Shown here: positions 31,594 through 41,663 of the stretch, piece after piece
Layout of the letters: every line of letters begins with the position of its first letter
Position numbering within the stretch: position 1 is the stretch's first letter
Source of the DNA: an uncultured archaeon
GTDB taxonomy: Archaea > Asgardarchaeota > Lokiarchaeia > Sigyniarchaeales > SOKP01
Assembly (NCBI GenBank): GCA_964486045.1
Contig: CAZALK010000015.1
Location: 77,228-141,227, forward strand
DNA: 64,000 nucleotides
Direction: 5' to 3'
Program-made: the position numbers and the translations under genes
Notes under the pieces: model-generated
What the model was told of the DNA's origin: nothing
Databases searched by the model: none
What the model saw: the letters and a program-made list of their open reading frames with translations, nothing else

Positions 31594-32703
31594 ATGAGTT
31601 TAAAAGACATATATTCAGAAGTAAAGAAACGTAAAATGGAGGCGTTAAATAAAAAAGACGTTGTGCAAGCGGTTGAAAAACATGGGAAAATTCTTGCTGT
31701 AAATGGAAGATATGAAAAACCTAAAAAAATAATTGAACACATGTATGCATCAATGAAGAAAGTTTTAAAAGAAAAAGAATTTATGAAGGAGAATCTGGCA
31801 CAATATGACGTAATCTTGATAGGGTGCCCTGGCAGTGACATTCCGAATGCCTCCCATCCAAAAGTAAAAGATTTTGTAATGAATGGGGGATGGTTAATAA
31901 CTACAGATTGGGCACTAAAAAGTATTATTGAAACAATTTTCCCCGGATACATTAGGTGGAACGGAGCAAAAACTGCCGATGCAGTAGTTCCCTGCCAAGT
32001 TCTACAACCAGATCACCCCTTTTTAGACGGTGTTTTAAGTGAAATTCAGCAAAGTAAATGGCAGAAGCAAACAGCTAAAAGTACAAAAAAAAAGGAATTT
32101 CGTTGGTGGCTTGAGATAAGGTCTTTCCCTATCCAAGTTATTAATCAAGAAGCTGTTAGGGTATTGATTAATTCTTGGGAACTCCAAAATAAATGGGGAG
32201 AATCCCCTGTGCTCGTTGAATTTGATTATGGAAAAATGGGAGGACGAATAATTCACATGATTAGTCATACACATCTACAAAAAGGTGGAGCTAAAGGCAA
32301 ATATGCTTCTGCTTTAATTCTTACAAATATTTTAGATGAAAAGATATCTCAAAAGATGGGGATTTCAAAAACTCAACCTCAAGGATACGTGTCTGATTGG
32401 GAAACAGCTCAACCTCACAATCAAAAACAATATTCTCAACCAACTCCGCAAACAAATTATATAACTCCAACAGTTGATGGGGGCGGATTAACAGGCACAT
32501 CGCAAATTATTGAATTAGATGAAAATAATACTAGTTCTTTTTCTTATACAAACAAATGTGTCTATTGTAGCTACGATTTTGTTGAACAACTGGGGAAAAT
32601 TTATATTTGCAAGGAATGTAATGCCCTGTATCACGAAAGTTGCATAAATATGCAAATAAATGAGGGAATCTGTAAAAAATGTAGTAGAATACTACTATGG
32701 TAA
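31594..32703 (+). CDS. GATase/ThuA-like domain, Q/T/P linker and C4HC3 RING/PHD-like finger
   Basis: VKDFVMNGGWLITTDWAL, G.GRIIH..SH; C-terminal CxxC..CxxC..HxxC..CxxC. Confidence 0.65.
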   Translation: MSLKDIYSEVKKRKMEALNKKDVVQAVEKHGKILAVNGRYEKPKKIIEHMYASMKKVLKEKEFMKENLAQYDVILIGCPGSDIPNASHPKVKDFVMNGGWLITTDWALKSIIETIFPGYIRWNGAKTADAVVPCQVLQPDHPFLDGVLSEIQQSKWQKQTAKSTKKKEFRWWLEIRSFPIQVINQEAVRVLINSWELQNKWGESPVLVEFDYGKMGGRIIHMISHTHLQKGGAKGKYASALILTNILDEKISQKMGISKTQPQGYVSDWETAQPHNQKQYSQPTPQTNYITPTVDGGGLTGTSQIIELDENNTSSFSYTNKCVYCSYDFVEQLGKIYICKECNALYHESCINMQINEGICKKCSRILLW

Positions 32704-32759
32704 ATTTAAAATAAATAAGAAAAAATAAAAAAACAAAAAAGATTAACTTGTTCTGAAGT

Positions 32760-32957
32760 TTAATTCTCAACTATTTCTATGGCTTCATCAGCACATTGGG
32801 TTTCACAAGCCCTACAACCCACACAGTCTTCACGATTTTCATCGATAACATTTACCTTCCCACCTTCAGGTTCTCCAAAACATTCACTAGGGCAAACTTC
32901 ATAACAAGTACCACACCCTGTACATGCATCCTGGTCGATCTTTATTTCAAAATCCAT
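32760..32957 (-). CDS. 2[4Fe-4S] ferredoxin
   Basis: CTGCGTCYEVCP and CVGCRACETQC. Confidence 0.93.
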   Translation of the reverse strand: MDFEIKIDQDACTGCGTCYEVCPSECFGEPEGGKVNVIDENREDCVGCRACETQCADEAIEIVEN

Positions 32958-33154
32958 CTTTCAACAAAACTCTTATTAATTCTTGATTTATATCCATTAA
33001 TTCTATTTGTTGAAATTAAGTAAAAGATATAAAGTTCTTTTTTATTTATGATACAAGGCTTTACTGAAGAACTTATAAAAAAAAAGAAAAAATAAATTGT
33101 AATTTTGGATGAATACGAGGTAAAATAGATTAAAAAAAATCCCAATGATATTAT

Positions 33155-33352
33155 TTATTTCTCAATAATTTCGATTGCCTCATTTGGGCATTGAGATTCA
33201 CAGGCTCTACATCCAGAGCAATCTTCAGCATTATCCTCATCTACATGACATTTTCCTCCATCCGGTTCAGTGAAACATTCACTTGGGCAAACTTCATAGC
33301 AAGTTCCATTTCCATCACATAGATCAGCATTGATTTTTATTTCAAAACTCAT
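33155..33352 (-). CDS. Dicluster ferredoxin, probable [3Fe-4S][4Fe-4S]
   Basis: CDGNGTCYEVCP and CSGCRACESQCP. Confidence 0.92.
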   Translation of the reverse strand: MSFEIKINADLCDGNGTCYEVCPSECFTEPDGGKCHVDEDNAEDCSGCRACESQCPNEAIEIIEK

Positions 33353-33600
33353 GATTAATAGTCACTTTTTTCTTTTCTTAACCGACAAAATTTCGATAAT
33401 AGATAATTTTTCAAATATTCCAAATTATATAAAAATTACAGCTTCGTTTTTATTAAATAATAGTATCCATATAAACCTTTAAACTAAATATTGAAAAAAT
33501 AAGTATGACATGCTCTAATTGAAAATAAAGATCGATCCACCTGAAAAAAGAAACTGAATTAACAATTCCCCACTTAAATTTAAATATTTAAATAAAAAAG

Positions 33601-34065
33601 TTGAATAAATTAAACTGTATTATGCTTGACCGAAAATTTATTAGTTATGAATTTGCCCCTAGTGAAATGGTATTAAGCAGATGGAAACTAACTCAATTTG
33701 CGAATGCAATACGAGATTTTAACCCAATATATTATGATTTAAATGAAGCTAAAAACCAGGGATTTAAAGACATCCCTGTTCCTCCAACATTTTATACTAA
33801 AATGACATATTCTGGAGAGAAAAATTTTTATGCGACCTTAGGTATCGATTTTAAAAAGCTGTTAGACGGTGGAAGAGAATTTAGATATTATTCTCAATCT
33901 TTTGCTGGAGATACATTAGTATATCAAACTAAAGTAGAAAATATTGTTGAAAAGGAAGGTAATCGAGGGAAAATGGATATATTAACAGCCGTATATAGTG
34001 GTAAAAATAAGGATACAGATGAAAAGGTTTTTGATGCTATTATCACTCTAATCGTTTTCCATTAA
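33601..34065 (+). CDS. MaoC-like dehydratase N-terminal (hotdog) subunit
   Basis: FANAIRDFNPIY, PVPPTF, LLDG. Confidence 0.85.
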   Translation: MNKLNCIMLDRKFISYEFAPSEMVLSRWKLTQFANAIRDFNPIYYDLNEAKNQGFKDIPVPPTFYTKMTYSGEKNFYATLGIDFKKLLDGGREFRYYSQSFAGDTLVYQTKVENIVEKEGNRGKMDILTAVYSGKNKDTDEKVFDAIITLIVFH

Positions 34066-34100
34066 AGTTTATTTATTAAAAAAAGAATCGAGAAAATAAT

Positions 34101-34541
34101 TTGTCTGTCAAAAAATTAGATTTTAAAGAGTTAACAGAAGGGTTGGAGCTCCCTGAAGGGAAAACTAACCCAATTACACGAGTACAATTAGTTGACTATG
34201 CTTCAGCTTCAGGTGACTATAATTTGTTACATTATGATAAATCTTTTGCTAAAGAAACTGGTTTAAACGGATGTATTGCACATGGAATGCTTCAGGCAGG
34301 TATGATTTCTTCTTATATTCTAAATTGGGCTAAGGGTGGGATTATGAGAAATTTTAAAATCCGGTTTTCAGATGTCGTTAATGAAAATGATATTCTCACT
34401 TTCAAGGGTAAAATCGTGAAAAAATATCAAGAAAATGGTGAGAATTTAATTGAAATAAGCGTGGTGAGTGAAACCCAAGAAAAACGGGTTACATCTCAAG
34501 GATCTGCTGTAATAACTTTTATTTTGCCTAGAGAAAATTGA
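34101..34541 (+). CDS. MaoC family (R)-specific dehydratase
   Basis: ASGDYNLLHYD...IAHGM hydratase motif. Confidence 0.9.
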   Translation: MSVKKLDFKELTEGLELPEGKTNPITRVQLVDYASASGDYNLLHYDKSFAKETGLNGCIAHGMLQAGMISSYILNWAKGGIMRNFKIRFSDVVNENDILTFKGKIVKKYQENGENLIEISVVSETQEKRVTSQGSAVITFILPREN

Positions 34542-34594
34542 ATTGTTTAGTGGATTAAATTTCAAATAAAAAAAATAAGAATTAAAATTTTTAT

Positions 34595-34909
34595 TTATTC
34601 AGCCTCTTCCTCGGCAGCTAACTCTTCTTCAAGCTCCTCTAAGGGAACTGGAGCTGGGGTAGTTAACATGCTGTAACCAATCCAAATGGCGATAATGGAT
34701 ATAAGAACCACCAAAAGCCAGATCGGGAGGACGGTGAAAAGCTTCCAATCGAGCCAATCAATACCAAATATCCTTGACCAGGAATCCCAACTAGGATTAG
34801 CCCATATGGTATCGAAGAGTAGATCGAGAATTGAACCCATTGTGTAAATCACTGCTATTGCAATCCCAATTATAATAACAAGGGCGCCAATAACTTTATC
34901 TTTAGCCAT
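34595..34909 (-). CDS. Small 2-TM protein, DPM2/PIG-P-like
   Basis: DKVIG..TM..YT; LP..TM..IGYSMLTTP; acidic tail. Confidence 0.55.
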   Translation of the reverse strand: MAKDKVIGALVIIIGIAIAVIYTMGSILDLLFDTIWANPSWDSWSRIFGIDWLDWKLFTVLPIWLLVVLISIIAIWIGYSMLTTPAPVPLEELEEELAAEEEAE

Positions 34910-35117
34910 ATTTAAAACCTTTGAAAACTGCTTTCTTATTATATTTGATGATTTTAGTTAAAATTGTTATTTGCTTATATTATTTTTAAAAAGTGATTTA
35001 ATTAAAACCATTCGATCAAATATTATATGATCGTAAATAAAATATGTAGATCATCCACATATAAACCATATAGAATTATAATATTTCACAATTGAATCCT
35101 AATTATGTGTTTAAGTT

Positions 35118-36080
35118 ATGAATAAAAAACCTTCTTATGTAATAATAATTGGTTCTAGTAATATGGATCTAAATATCTATTCTGAGCGGTTTCCAGATAT
35201 CGGTGAAACTATTACTGGAGGGATATATAAACAATTTTTAGGGGGTAAGGGTGCAAATCAGTCAGTTGCAGCTGTGAGATCAGGAGTAAAAACTGTGTTT
35301 ATCGGAAAAATCGGAGAGGATTCTTTTGGAGATCAGATGGTTTCTAGCTTAACTAAAGAAGGGATAAATACTAGTTATGTAATTAGAGATGCTAATGAAA
35401 AAAGTGGTGTTGCTTTCATATTGATTAATAAAAAAGGGGAAAATAAGATAACTGTAGCTCCTGGGGCAAATTTTAAATTATCTGTAGAAGAAATAAAGTC
35501 TAATGCTGAAATTATAAAAAATTCCTACTGTTTAATTGTCCAAATGGAGATTCCTATGAAAACAATTAAAGAAATATTTAACATAGCGGCAACAGGTAAT
35601 GTTATTAAAATTCTTAATCCTACTCCGTTAAAGCCAATACCTCTTGAAATTCTAAAAAAAGTAGATATTTTAATCCCTAATGAAGGAGAAATCTATCAGT
35701 TATACTCCTATTTAACAAAAAATGAGTTAAAAGAAGGAAGAAAGCAAAATATTGTGAAGGCATCAAAAATTCTAACTAAGTTGGGAATTAAATGTGTAAT
35801 AACTACCTTAGGTAGTCGGGGAAGTATTATATATTTAGGTCCAGAAGATAAAGTTGTTGAAGTGCCCACACCAATGATTAATGCTATTGATACTGTTGGA
35901 GCAGGAGATTGCTTTATTGGAGTATTTGCAAGTTTCTTGAGTAGAGGTGAGAAAATTGTAAACGCCGTGAAATATGCTACGATAGCTGCTTCCATTGCTG
36001 TTACAAGGAAGGGAGCTCAAAATTCAATGCCTTATTTAAATGAAATTAAAGAGAAAATAAAAGAATTAAATATATTATAG
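35118..36080 (+). CDS. rbsK: Ribokinase
   Basis: GSSNMD, GGKGANQ, NEGE, DTVGAGD. Confidence 0.93.
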   Translation: MNKKPSYVIIIGSSNMDLNIYSERFPDIGETITGGIYKQFLGGKGANQSVAAVRSGVKTVFIGKIGEDSFGDQMVSSLTKEGINTSYVIRDANEKSGVAFILINKKGENKITVAPGANFKLSVEEIKSNAEIIKNSYCLIVQMEIPMKTIKEIFNIAATGNVIKILNPTPLKPIPLEILKKVDILIPNEGEIYQLYSYLTKNELKEGRKQNIVKASKILTKLGIKCVITTLGSRGSIIYLGPEDKVVEVPTPMINAIDTVGAGDCFIGVFASFLSRGEKIVNAVKYATIAASIAVTRKGAQNSMPYLNEIKEKIKELNIL

Positions 36081-36100
36081 AATTTAAGGGAGATCTTGAT

Positions 36101-36775
36101 TTGATTAAAGAGATGGTTTCTTCTAAAAGAAGCACATTACTAAGGAAGAACAATTCGAGTGTACTATCAATGACAATTAAATTTAACAAATTTCAAAATG
36201 TTTTCATTTTAAACGGCACTTCTTTTTTAATTGAAGAAATTCCTAACCAAGTTTCAACAATAAGACCAGAAAACTACTATATGGTAATAAATAATGGTGA
36301 TAGCTCAATTGAAATACAATACAATCAAGATATTTCTCGACATAAGTTAATCTATGATCCATATAAATTTGAAAATTCAAAAAAAATCAATCTTACACCA
36401 GAATTATTTGTAGATAAACACCAGATCCCTAAAAATTATATTGATACACTTCCAAAGTGGTATAGCTTCAAATTTACTTATTCTGATTATAATTTGATTT
36501 TTATTCGTCCAGAATTTGGAATATCTATCCAAACTCACAAATATAGAAGCGAGTTTTGGGAAATTTTAGAAGGAAATCCTATAATAATTAGTGGAAATAA
36601 AGTGCATTATTTTGTAAAAAATGGGACTGAATTTAATCACCCAATGAATTCTTTCCATTCTGTTATCAACCCTAATAAAGAAATTGGTAAATTTGTAGTG
36701 ATAAAAGAAAAATGGGAAGGGAAATTTGATGAAAGTGACATAACACGCATTTTTAACCCAAATCAATATCACTAA
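36101..36775 (+). CDS. Protein with C-terminal cupin domain (type II PMI-like)
   Basis: SIQTHKYRSEFW, H...NP, DESDITR. Confidence 0.7.
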   Translation: MIKEMVSSKRSTLLRKNNSSVLSMTIKFNKFQNVFILNGTSFLIEEIPNQVSTIRPENYYMVINNGDSSIEIQYNQDISRHKLIYDPYKFENSKKINLTPELFVDKHQIPKNYIDTLPKWYSFKFTYSDYNLIFIRPEFGISIQTHKYRSEFWEILEGNPIIISGNKVHYFVKNGTEFNHPMNSFHSVINPNKEIGKFVVIKEKWEGKFDESDITRIFNPNQYH

Positions 36776-36994
36776 TTTTTTTTACGGTTTGAACAAACTA
36801 ATCAAGATGCTTGCCCTAATTTGCGAATTTAAGATTCTGTGTGGAACAACATTTAAGACTTATAAGTTTTATGATTTTCACCTACTTAAACTAAAAGTTA
36901 AAATTTAGGGCAACACTAAAATGCTTACCGTATGAATTTATATCAGAAAAAATTAACTGAATAATACTAAAGAACTAAGCAGATTGGTTAAAAA

Positions 36995-37570
36995 ATGGCT
37001 CCGGATGAACAATTAAAGGAAGAAAAACCAGAAAAAGTAGAAGAAACATCTACTGGTGATTCAAAAAAAGAATTAACTTCAGAGAAAACGGAAAAAACAG
37101 ATATTAAATTAGATTCAGAAGAGGATTCCTCCAAAGAAGAGGAGTTAGATACAAAAAAAGAGCTAGATAGATTAAAATTTCATTACAGAGGATATACTCT
37201 TGAGGATCTCAAGAAAATGAATATGGATCAATTTATTCAATTGCTACCCGCAAGAGCAAGAAGGTCCTTAAAGAGAGGACTACCACCAAGACAGAAGAAA
37301 TTGCTTGAACGTCTAAGGAGGGCTTACCGTGCTAAAAAGCGTGGAAAGGATCTGCTAACACGAACACATGTGCGTGATATGATTTGTTTCCCCGAGATGG
37401 TAGGACTTAAAATTGGAGTTTACAATGGAAAAACTTTTGTTGTCGTTGATATAAAACCTGAGATGATTGGTCATTATCTCGGGGAGTTTTCATTAACGCG
37501 AAAACGCATTTCTCACGGTTCACCAGGAATAGGAGCCACTAGAAGTTCAAAATATGTTCCATTAAAGTAA
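36995..37570 (+). CDS. rps19: Ribosomal protein uS19 with acidic N-terminal extension
   Basis: [34 protein letters not shown]. Confidence 0.97.
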   Translation: MAPDEQLKEEKPEKVEETSTGDSKKELTSEKTEKTDIKLDSEEDSSKEEELDTKKELDRLKFHYRGYTLEDLKKMNMDQFIQLLPARARRSLKRGLPPRQKKLLERLRRAYRAKKRGKDLLTRTHVRDMICFPEMVGLKIGVYNGKTFVVVDIKPEMIGHYLGEFSLTRKRISHGSPGIGATRSSKYVPLK

Positions 37571-37598
37571 AATAAATGAAAAAATGAGATGAAAATTT

Positions 37599-38078
37599 GT
37601 GCCGAACTGGGGTTATTCATTCATAGAACAAAAATTTAATACAGAAAGACTTGCAAAAGCATCTGGGAGGGATCTAAGGATTAAACCCAAGCATGCGAGA
37701 GAGATTTGTGCTGTTATAAAGGGAATGCGAGTTGAACAAGCCAAAGAATTTCTTGAAAAAGTTATTCAACTAAAACAATCCGTACCTTTTAGACGTCATA
37801 AGAAAAAACTTGCTCACCGGAAAGATTTGAAGCAGTTTAAATGGTATGCTGGAAGATATCCTCAAAAATCAGCTGCCAGAATATATGAAGTTCTTTCAGC
37901 GGTAGAATCAAACGGAGAATATAAAGGATTGGATATTGAAATGTGTCGCATTATTCATGCTGCCGCGCATAGGGGGAGAATTGTCAAAAGATATATTGAA
38001 CGCGCACGTGGTAGGTCAACCGCAAAATATAGAACTCTCACCCATGTAGAAATTGTTATCTATGAATTCCCAAGTTAA
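37599..38078 (+). CDS. rpl22: Ribosomal protein uL22
   Basis: KHAREIC, VPFRR, GRYPQK, RARGR. Confidence 0.97.
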   Translation: MPNWGYSFIEQKFNTERLAKASGRDLRIKPKHAREICAVIKGMRVEQAKEFLEKVIQLKQSVPFRRHKKKLAHRKDLKQFKWYAGRYPQKSAARIYEVLSAVESNGEYKGLDIEMCRIIHAAAHRGRIVKRYIERARGRSTAKYRTLTHVEIVIYEFPS

Positions 38079-38192
38079 TAAACCTAATCATCAACTATTT
38101 CAAGATAACATTTCCATCGTTTCCTAAAAGATTATTTTTAATGTCGTTATTAAGGTCATTTCTAATATTATAACCCTATCGTTGGTGACTTA

Positions 38193-38846
38193 ATGGAAGA
38201 TACTTCTGAAAAAATCCCTAAATACGATTTAACAAAAGAAATATTAAAAGGTTTAGAAGTTCGAGAATTAATGGAGAAATATCATATAAATACATATGAA
38301 ACCCTTGAGAACTTGTTTGAAAAATATTATGATACCAGAAAATTGATAGAAGTTCGGACAATACTAATTAAACCTGTTTTGGAAAGATCTCTTAAAATGG
38401 GTTTAGATCGTGATCAAGCTTTTCAAGCAATTATTGATAGTGGAATTTTCTTTGTTGACAAATTTGATTGGCAGGATTCATTAATTAATAAATATTGCAA
38501 AGATTTATGGGGAAAAACTTATGACCAACTTCGCTTAGATTTTTTTGTCAATCCGTATATCGCATATTTACAAGATTTAGGTTTTGAAATTGGTGATAGA
38601 GCTGACAAGAACACCATTGGTCTTATAGAACTTCTAGTTTTAGAAGGTTTAGGTGAAGTTAGAATTGCAAGAAAGATCGGTTTGACAACAGAAGACTCGA
38701 CTAATCAAGAACTAGACAATGCTCGGAAGAGAGTAAGGGCGTTCATTAGAATAAAATGGGGAAAGACAAGAAAGGAATTATATGAGTTTCTAAAGACAAA
38801 TTATTTAGGGATCAACATACGTGACACATATATTAATAACTTATAA
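38193..38846 (+). CDS. Hypothetical protein with repeated HTH-like units
   Basis: Repeated W/Y-G-K-T...L-R helical units; inserted in the ribosomal protein cluster. Confidence 0.6.
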   Translation: MEDTSEKIPKYDLTKEILKGLEVRELMEKYHINTYETLENLFEKYYDTRKLIEVRTILIKPVLERSLKMGLDRDQAFQAIIDSGIFFVDKFDWQDSLINKYCKDLWGKTYDQLRLDFFVNPYIAYLQDLGFEIGDRADKNTIGLIELLVLEGLGEVRIARKIGLTTEDSTNQELDNARKRVRAFIRIKWGKTRKELYEFLKTNYLGINIRDTYINNL

Positions 38847-38908
38847 AAGTCAATACTCTGTTAGAGTCGTTTTATTTTTAAAGTGTAGTAAGTTCTAAGT
38901 GATTAACC

Positions 38909-39277
38909 ATGGTGCCTTTTATAATAGACATTGAGCAATCTTATTTTGGAGGGGTGTTCAAACGAGATGTATTAATCCCTGTTTTAAAAGATTTAAAAGA
39001 GCATAATTTACCTCAGGCAATATTTAAGTTCATCCATCTTTTAATTCGAGAATGTAGCCATTCTATTATAAGCTCTTTTGAGGAGTTATACAAAAAACTA
39101 GGTTTTAATGACGTTAATCAATATAGAGAATTTCTGAATTTAATGCTCTCTCATGGGAGAGTGATTCGAGAACATAATCAAGCTAAATCCAATTCAAAAG
39201 TCAAAGTAAATCGTTTTGATCTCCAATATCTAGCGGAGAGTTATTTAGATTACCTTGATGAATTCAAAGTTTCTTAA
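38909..39277 (+). CDS. Hypothetical protein, possibly wHTH
   Basis: 122-aa ORF with an upstream GTGA site. Confidence 0.55.
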   Translation: MVPFIIDIEQSYFGGVFKRDVLIPVLKDLKEHNLPQAIFKFIHLLIRECSHSIISSFEELYKKLGFNDVNQYREFLNLMLSHGRVIREHNQAKSNSKVKVNRFDLQYLAESYLDYLDEFKVS

Positions 39278-39523
39278 ATTTTCCTTTCCCATTTTTATTT
39301 AAATGTTGAACTAAGGTAAACTATAGAGCTAGATTTAAATCGAGTCATTTTATTCTTATCATTTTTTTTCTCTCATATAAATCTTTGGTTTTCCTTCAAA
39401 TTCAAAAGGAATTATAACTCTTTTTAATAAACTTAAAATTTTATAAGTCCTTTTAAAATTTATCACGCTAAAAAATATGATTGTAAAAATTATGATGTAT
39501 AAAAAAACAAATGCTCCGCAGCG

Positions 39524-40324
39524 GTGTTACCAATCCCTCTAGTCAAAAATTTCATTGAGCAGGGAATCAAATTGATGCAGATCAATGAATATTTGCGATC
39601 TGAATTAGTAAGGGCAGGATTTGCAGGAGTGGATGTTCAAAAAACGCCTTTGGGGGTCCGCATTACATTAAGAACTAGTAGACCAGGTCTTGTAATTGGA
39701 AAGGGTGGAAAGCGCATCCAAGAGATTACGGACGTGCTCCAAGAAAAATTTGATCTAGAAATGCCACAGATTGAAGTGGAGGAGGTTTCTAACCCAGACC
39801 TTAACGCACAAATAATGGCTGAACGATTAGCTTACTCACTTGACAGAGGGCGCCATTATCGTCGAGCAGGTTATTACATCCTTAGAAAAATTATGGAATC
39901 TGGAGGCGCAACCGGTGCTGAAATTAGGGTTAGTGGTAAGGTAACTTCACAACGTGCAAGGGTTCAAATCTTTCGAGCCGGTACAATGACAAAGAGTGGC
40001 TATCTTTCGCAAGAAGGTATAGATAAAGGTGTGGCGCAATGTATTCAAAAATCAGGGGTACTAGGGATTGTAGTAAAAATCCAACATACTGGTGTCAAGA
40101 TAGGAGATGAAGTAAAAATAATGGGAGATCTTCTTTCTAAGGCTCAAGCAGAAGCAGAAGCAAAAATAGCAAAAACCAAAGCAGAGTATGCTATTGAGGA
40201 AGAAGAGGTACTACTATCCGATGAAAGTAAACAAATTATTGATGAAGTTGACGAAGAAGCTATATCTGAGATTTCTTTAGCTCCCCAAAAAGAAACCGAA
40301 GAAGGCGACTCAGAAAAAACATAA
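39524..40324 (+). CDS. rps3: Ribosomal protein uS3
   Basis: KH motif RPGLVIGKGG, PDLNA, GAEIRVSGK, GVLGIVVKI. Start is GTG 39524 or ATC 39533. Confidence 0.97.
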   Translation: MLPIPLVKNFIEQGIKLMQINEYLRSELVRAGFAGVDVQKTPLGVRITLRTSRPGLVIGKGGKRIQEITDVLQEKFDLEMPQIEVEEVSNPDLNAQIMAERLAYSLDRGRHYRRAGYYILRKIMESGGATGAEIRVSGKVTSQRARVQIFRAGTMTKSGYLSQEGIDKGVAQCIQKSGVLGIVVKIQHTGVKIGDEVKIMGDLLSKAQAEAEAKIAKTKAEYAIEEEEVLLSDESKQIIDEVDEEAISEISLAPQKETEEGDSEKT

Positions 40325-40349
40325 ATTTAGTTAAAAGATGTGATAGTTT

Positions 40350-40553
40350 ATGGGAAATACACTAACTGCTAAGAAAATACGAGAAATGGATGAGAGAGAA
40401 AGAGAGAGAGCTTTATTGAATTTACGCGAGGAAAAAATGATGCTTTATTCTAATCAAACTGGTGGGGGGCTTTCTGATAACCCAGGTAAAGCTAAAATAT
40501 TGAGAAAGCAAATCGCAAGAATATTAACTGTAATGAATGAGGAAAGACGATGA
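40350..40553 (+). CDS. rpl29: Ribosomal protein uL29
   Basis: IREM, NPGK..LRKQIARILT; operon position. Confidence 0.93.
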   Translation: MGNTLTAKKIREMDERERERALLNLREEKMMLYSNQTGGGLSDNPGKAKILRKQIARILTVMNEERR

Positions 40554-40864
40554 TTAATTCTAAATTTCTAATATATCATGATTTAGTTGGAGTTCAAGCT
40601 TATATCAAACTTAAATCTAAAAAGAATAATAGTAAATTCTCTTATATTGGTGTAGTTATTGATGAAACACGAAATATGCTAATTTCGGAGAAAGACAATA
40701 AAGTTAAAAAATATATTAAAAAAGATTACATATTTCGATTTAAAATTATAGATTTCAAGAATAGGGAAGAAGATCTTTGTGTCGAAGTCCAGGGTAACAA
40801 GATTGTGGGACTTCCTGTGAATAGGTTGAGAAGTTTAAAAAAAAGGAGATGGTTTAAGAGATGA
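40550..40864 (+). CDS. rnp1: RNase P protein subunit Rpp29/Pop4
   Basis: HDLVG, GVVIDETRNM, G..I.G.P..RL; canonical position. Confidence 0.9.
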   Translation: MINSKFLIYHDLVGVQAYIKLKSKKNNSKFSYIGVVIDETRNMLISEKDNKVKKYIKKDYIFRFKIIDFKNREEDLCVEVQGNKIVGLPVNRLRSLKKRRWFKR

Positions 40865-41214
40865 GTAGAAATATCGGGATCCCTGGTGTGATTCCACCTA
40901 AACTAAAAGCTGAAGATTGTAATGATCAATCTTGTCCTTTTCATGGGAATACAAGAATAAGAGGAAAAGTTACACAAGGTGTCGTTGTAAGTAAGAAATC
41001 TAAAAATTCAGTCATAATTAGGAGAGATTATGTTAGATTTATTAAAAAATATCAAAGATATGAACGTCGCAATACAAGACTTGCATGTCACTTACCAGAA
41101 TGTTTGGTCCATGAGGTTGCTATCGGAGATCTTATAAAAGTTGGAGAATCTCGAAAAATTTCGAAGACAAAGGCTTTTATTGTGTTAGGTAAAATATCAA
41201 CAGGAGGAGTTTAA
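40861..41214 (+). CDS. rps17: Ribosomal protein uS17
   Basis: CPFHG, KYQRYERR, ESRKISKTK. Confidence 0.96.
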   Translation: MSRNIGIPGVIPPKLKAEDCNDQSCPFHGNTRIRGKVTQGVVVSKKSKNSVIIRRDYVRFIKKYQRYERRNTRLACHLPECLVHEVAIGDLIKVGESRKISKTKAFIVLGKISTGGV

Positions 41215-41640
41215 ATGGGAACAAGGCGTAAAATGGGTCAGAAAGGAGTTATAAGACGTAGAACTAGTTATGGATTATGTAACGGCTCAAAAATTAAGAT
41301 AGCAGATAACTCCGGAGCAAAAATAGCCCAAATAATTAATGTAGATCATTTCAATACCAGGCTTCGGAGGTTGCCTAAAGCCACGGTTGGGAGTATTTGC
41401 ACGGTCACGATCAAAAAAGGAAAGCCGGAAATGCGTGGAAATATTATGAAAGCAGTAATAGTTAGACAGAAGATGATTATTCGACGAATAGATGGCACAC
41501 GATTAAGTTTTGAGGATAATGCAGGGGTTTTGATAACTAAAGAAGGAGATCCTAAAGGAACTGAAGTGAGAGGGCCCATTGCTCGAGAAGCAGCAGAATT
41601 ATTTCCTAGGTTGGCATCAATATCATCAGTAATAATTTAA
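41215..41640 (+). CDS. rpl14: Ribosomal protein uL14
   Basis: ADNSGAK, FEDNA, GPIARE. Confidence 0.97.
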   Translation: MGTRRKMGQKGVIRRRTSYGLCNGSKIKIADNSGAKIAQIINVDHFNTRLRRLPKATVGSICTVTIKKGKPEMRGNIMKAVIVRQKMIIRRIDGTRLSFEDNAGVLITKEGDPKGTEVRGPIAREAAELFPRLASISSVII

Positions 41641-41663
41641 TGTTCAAAAAAGAGGAGTAGAAA

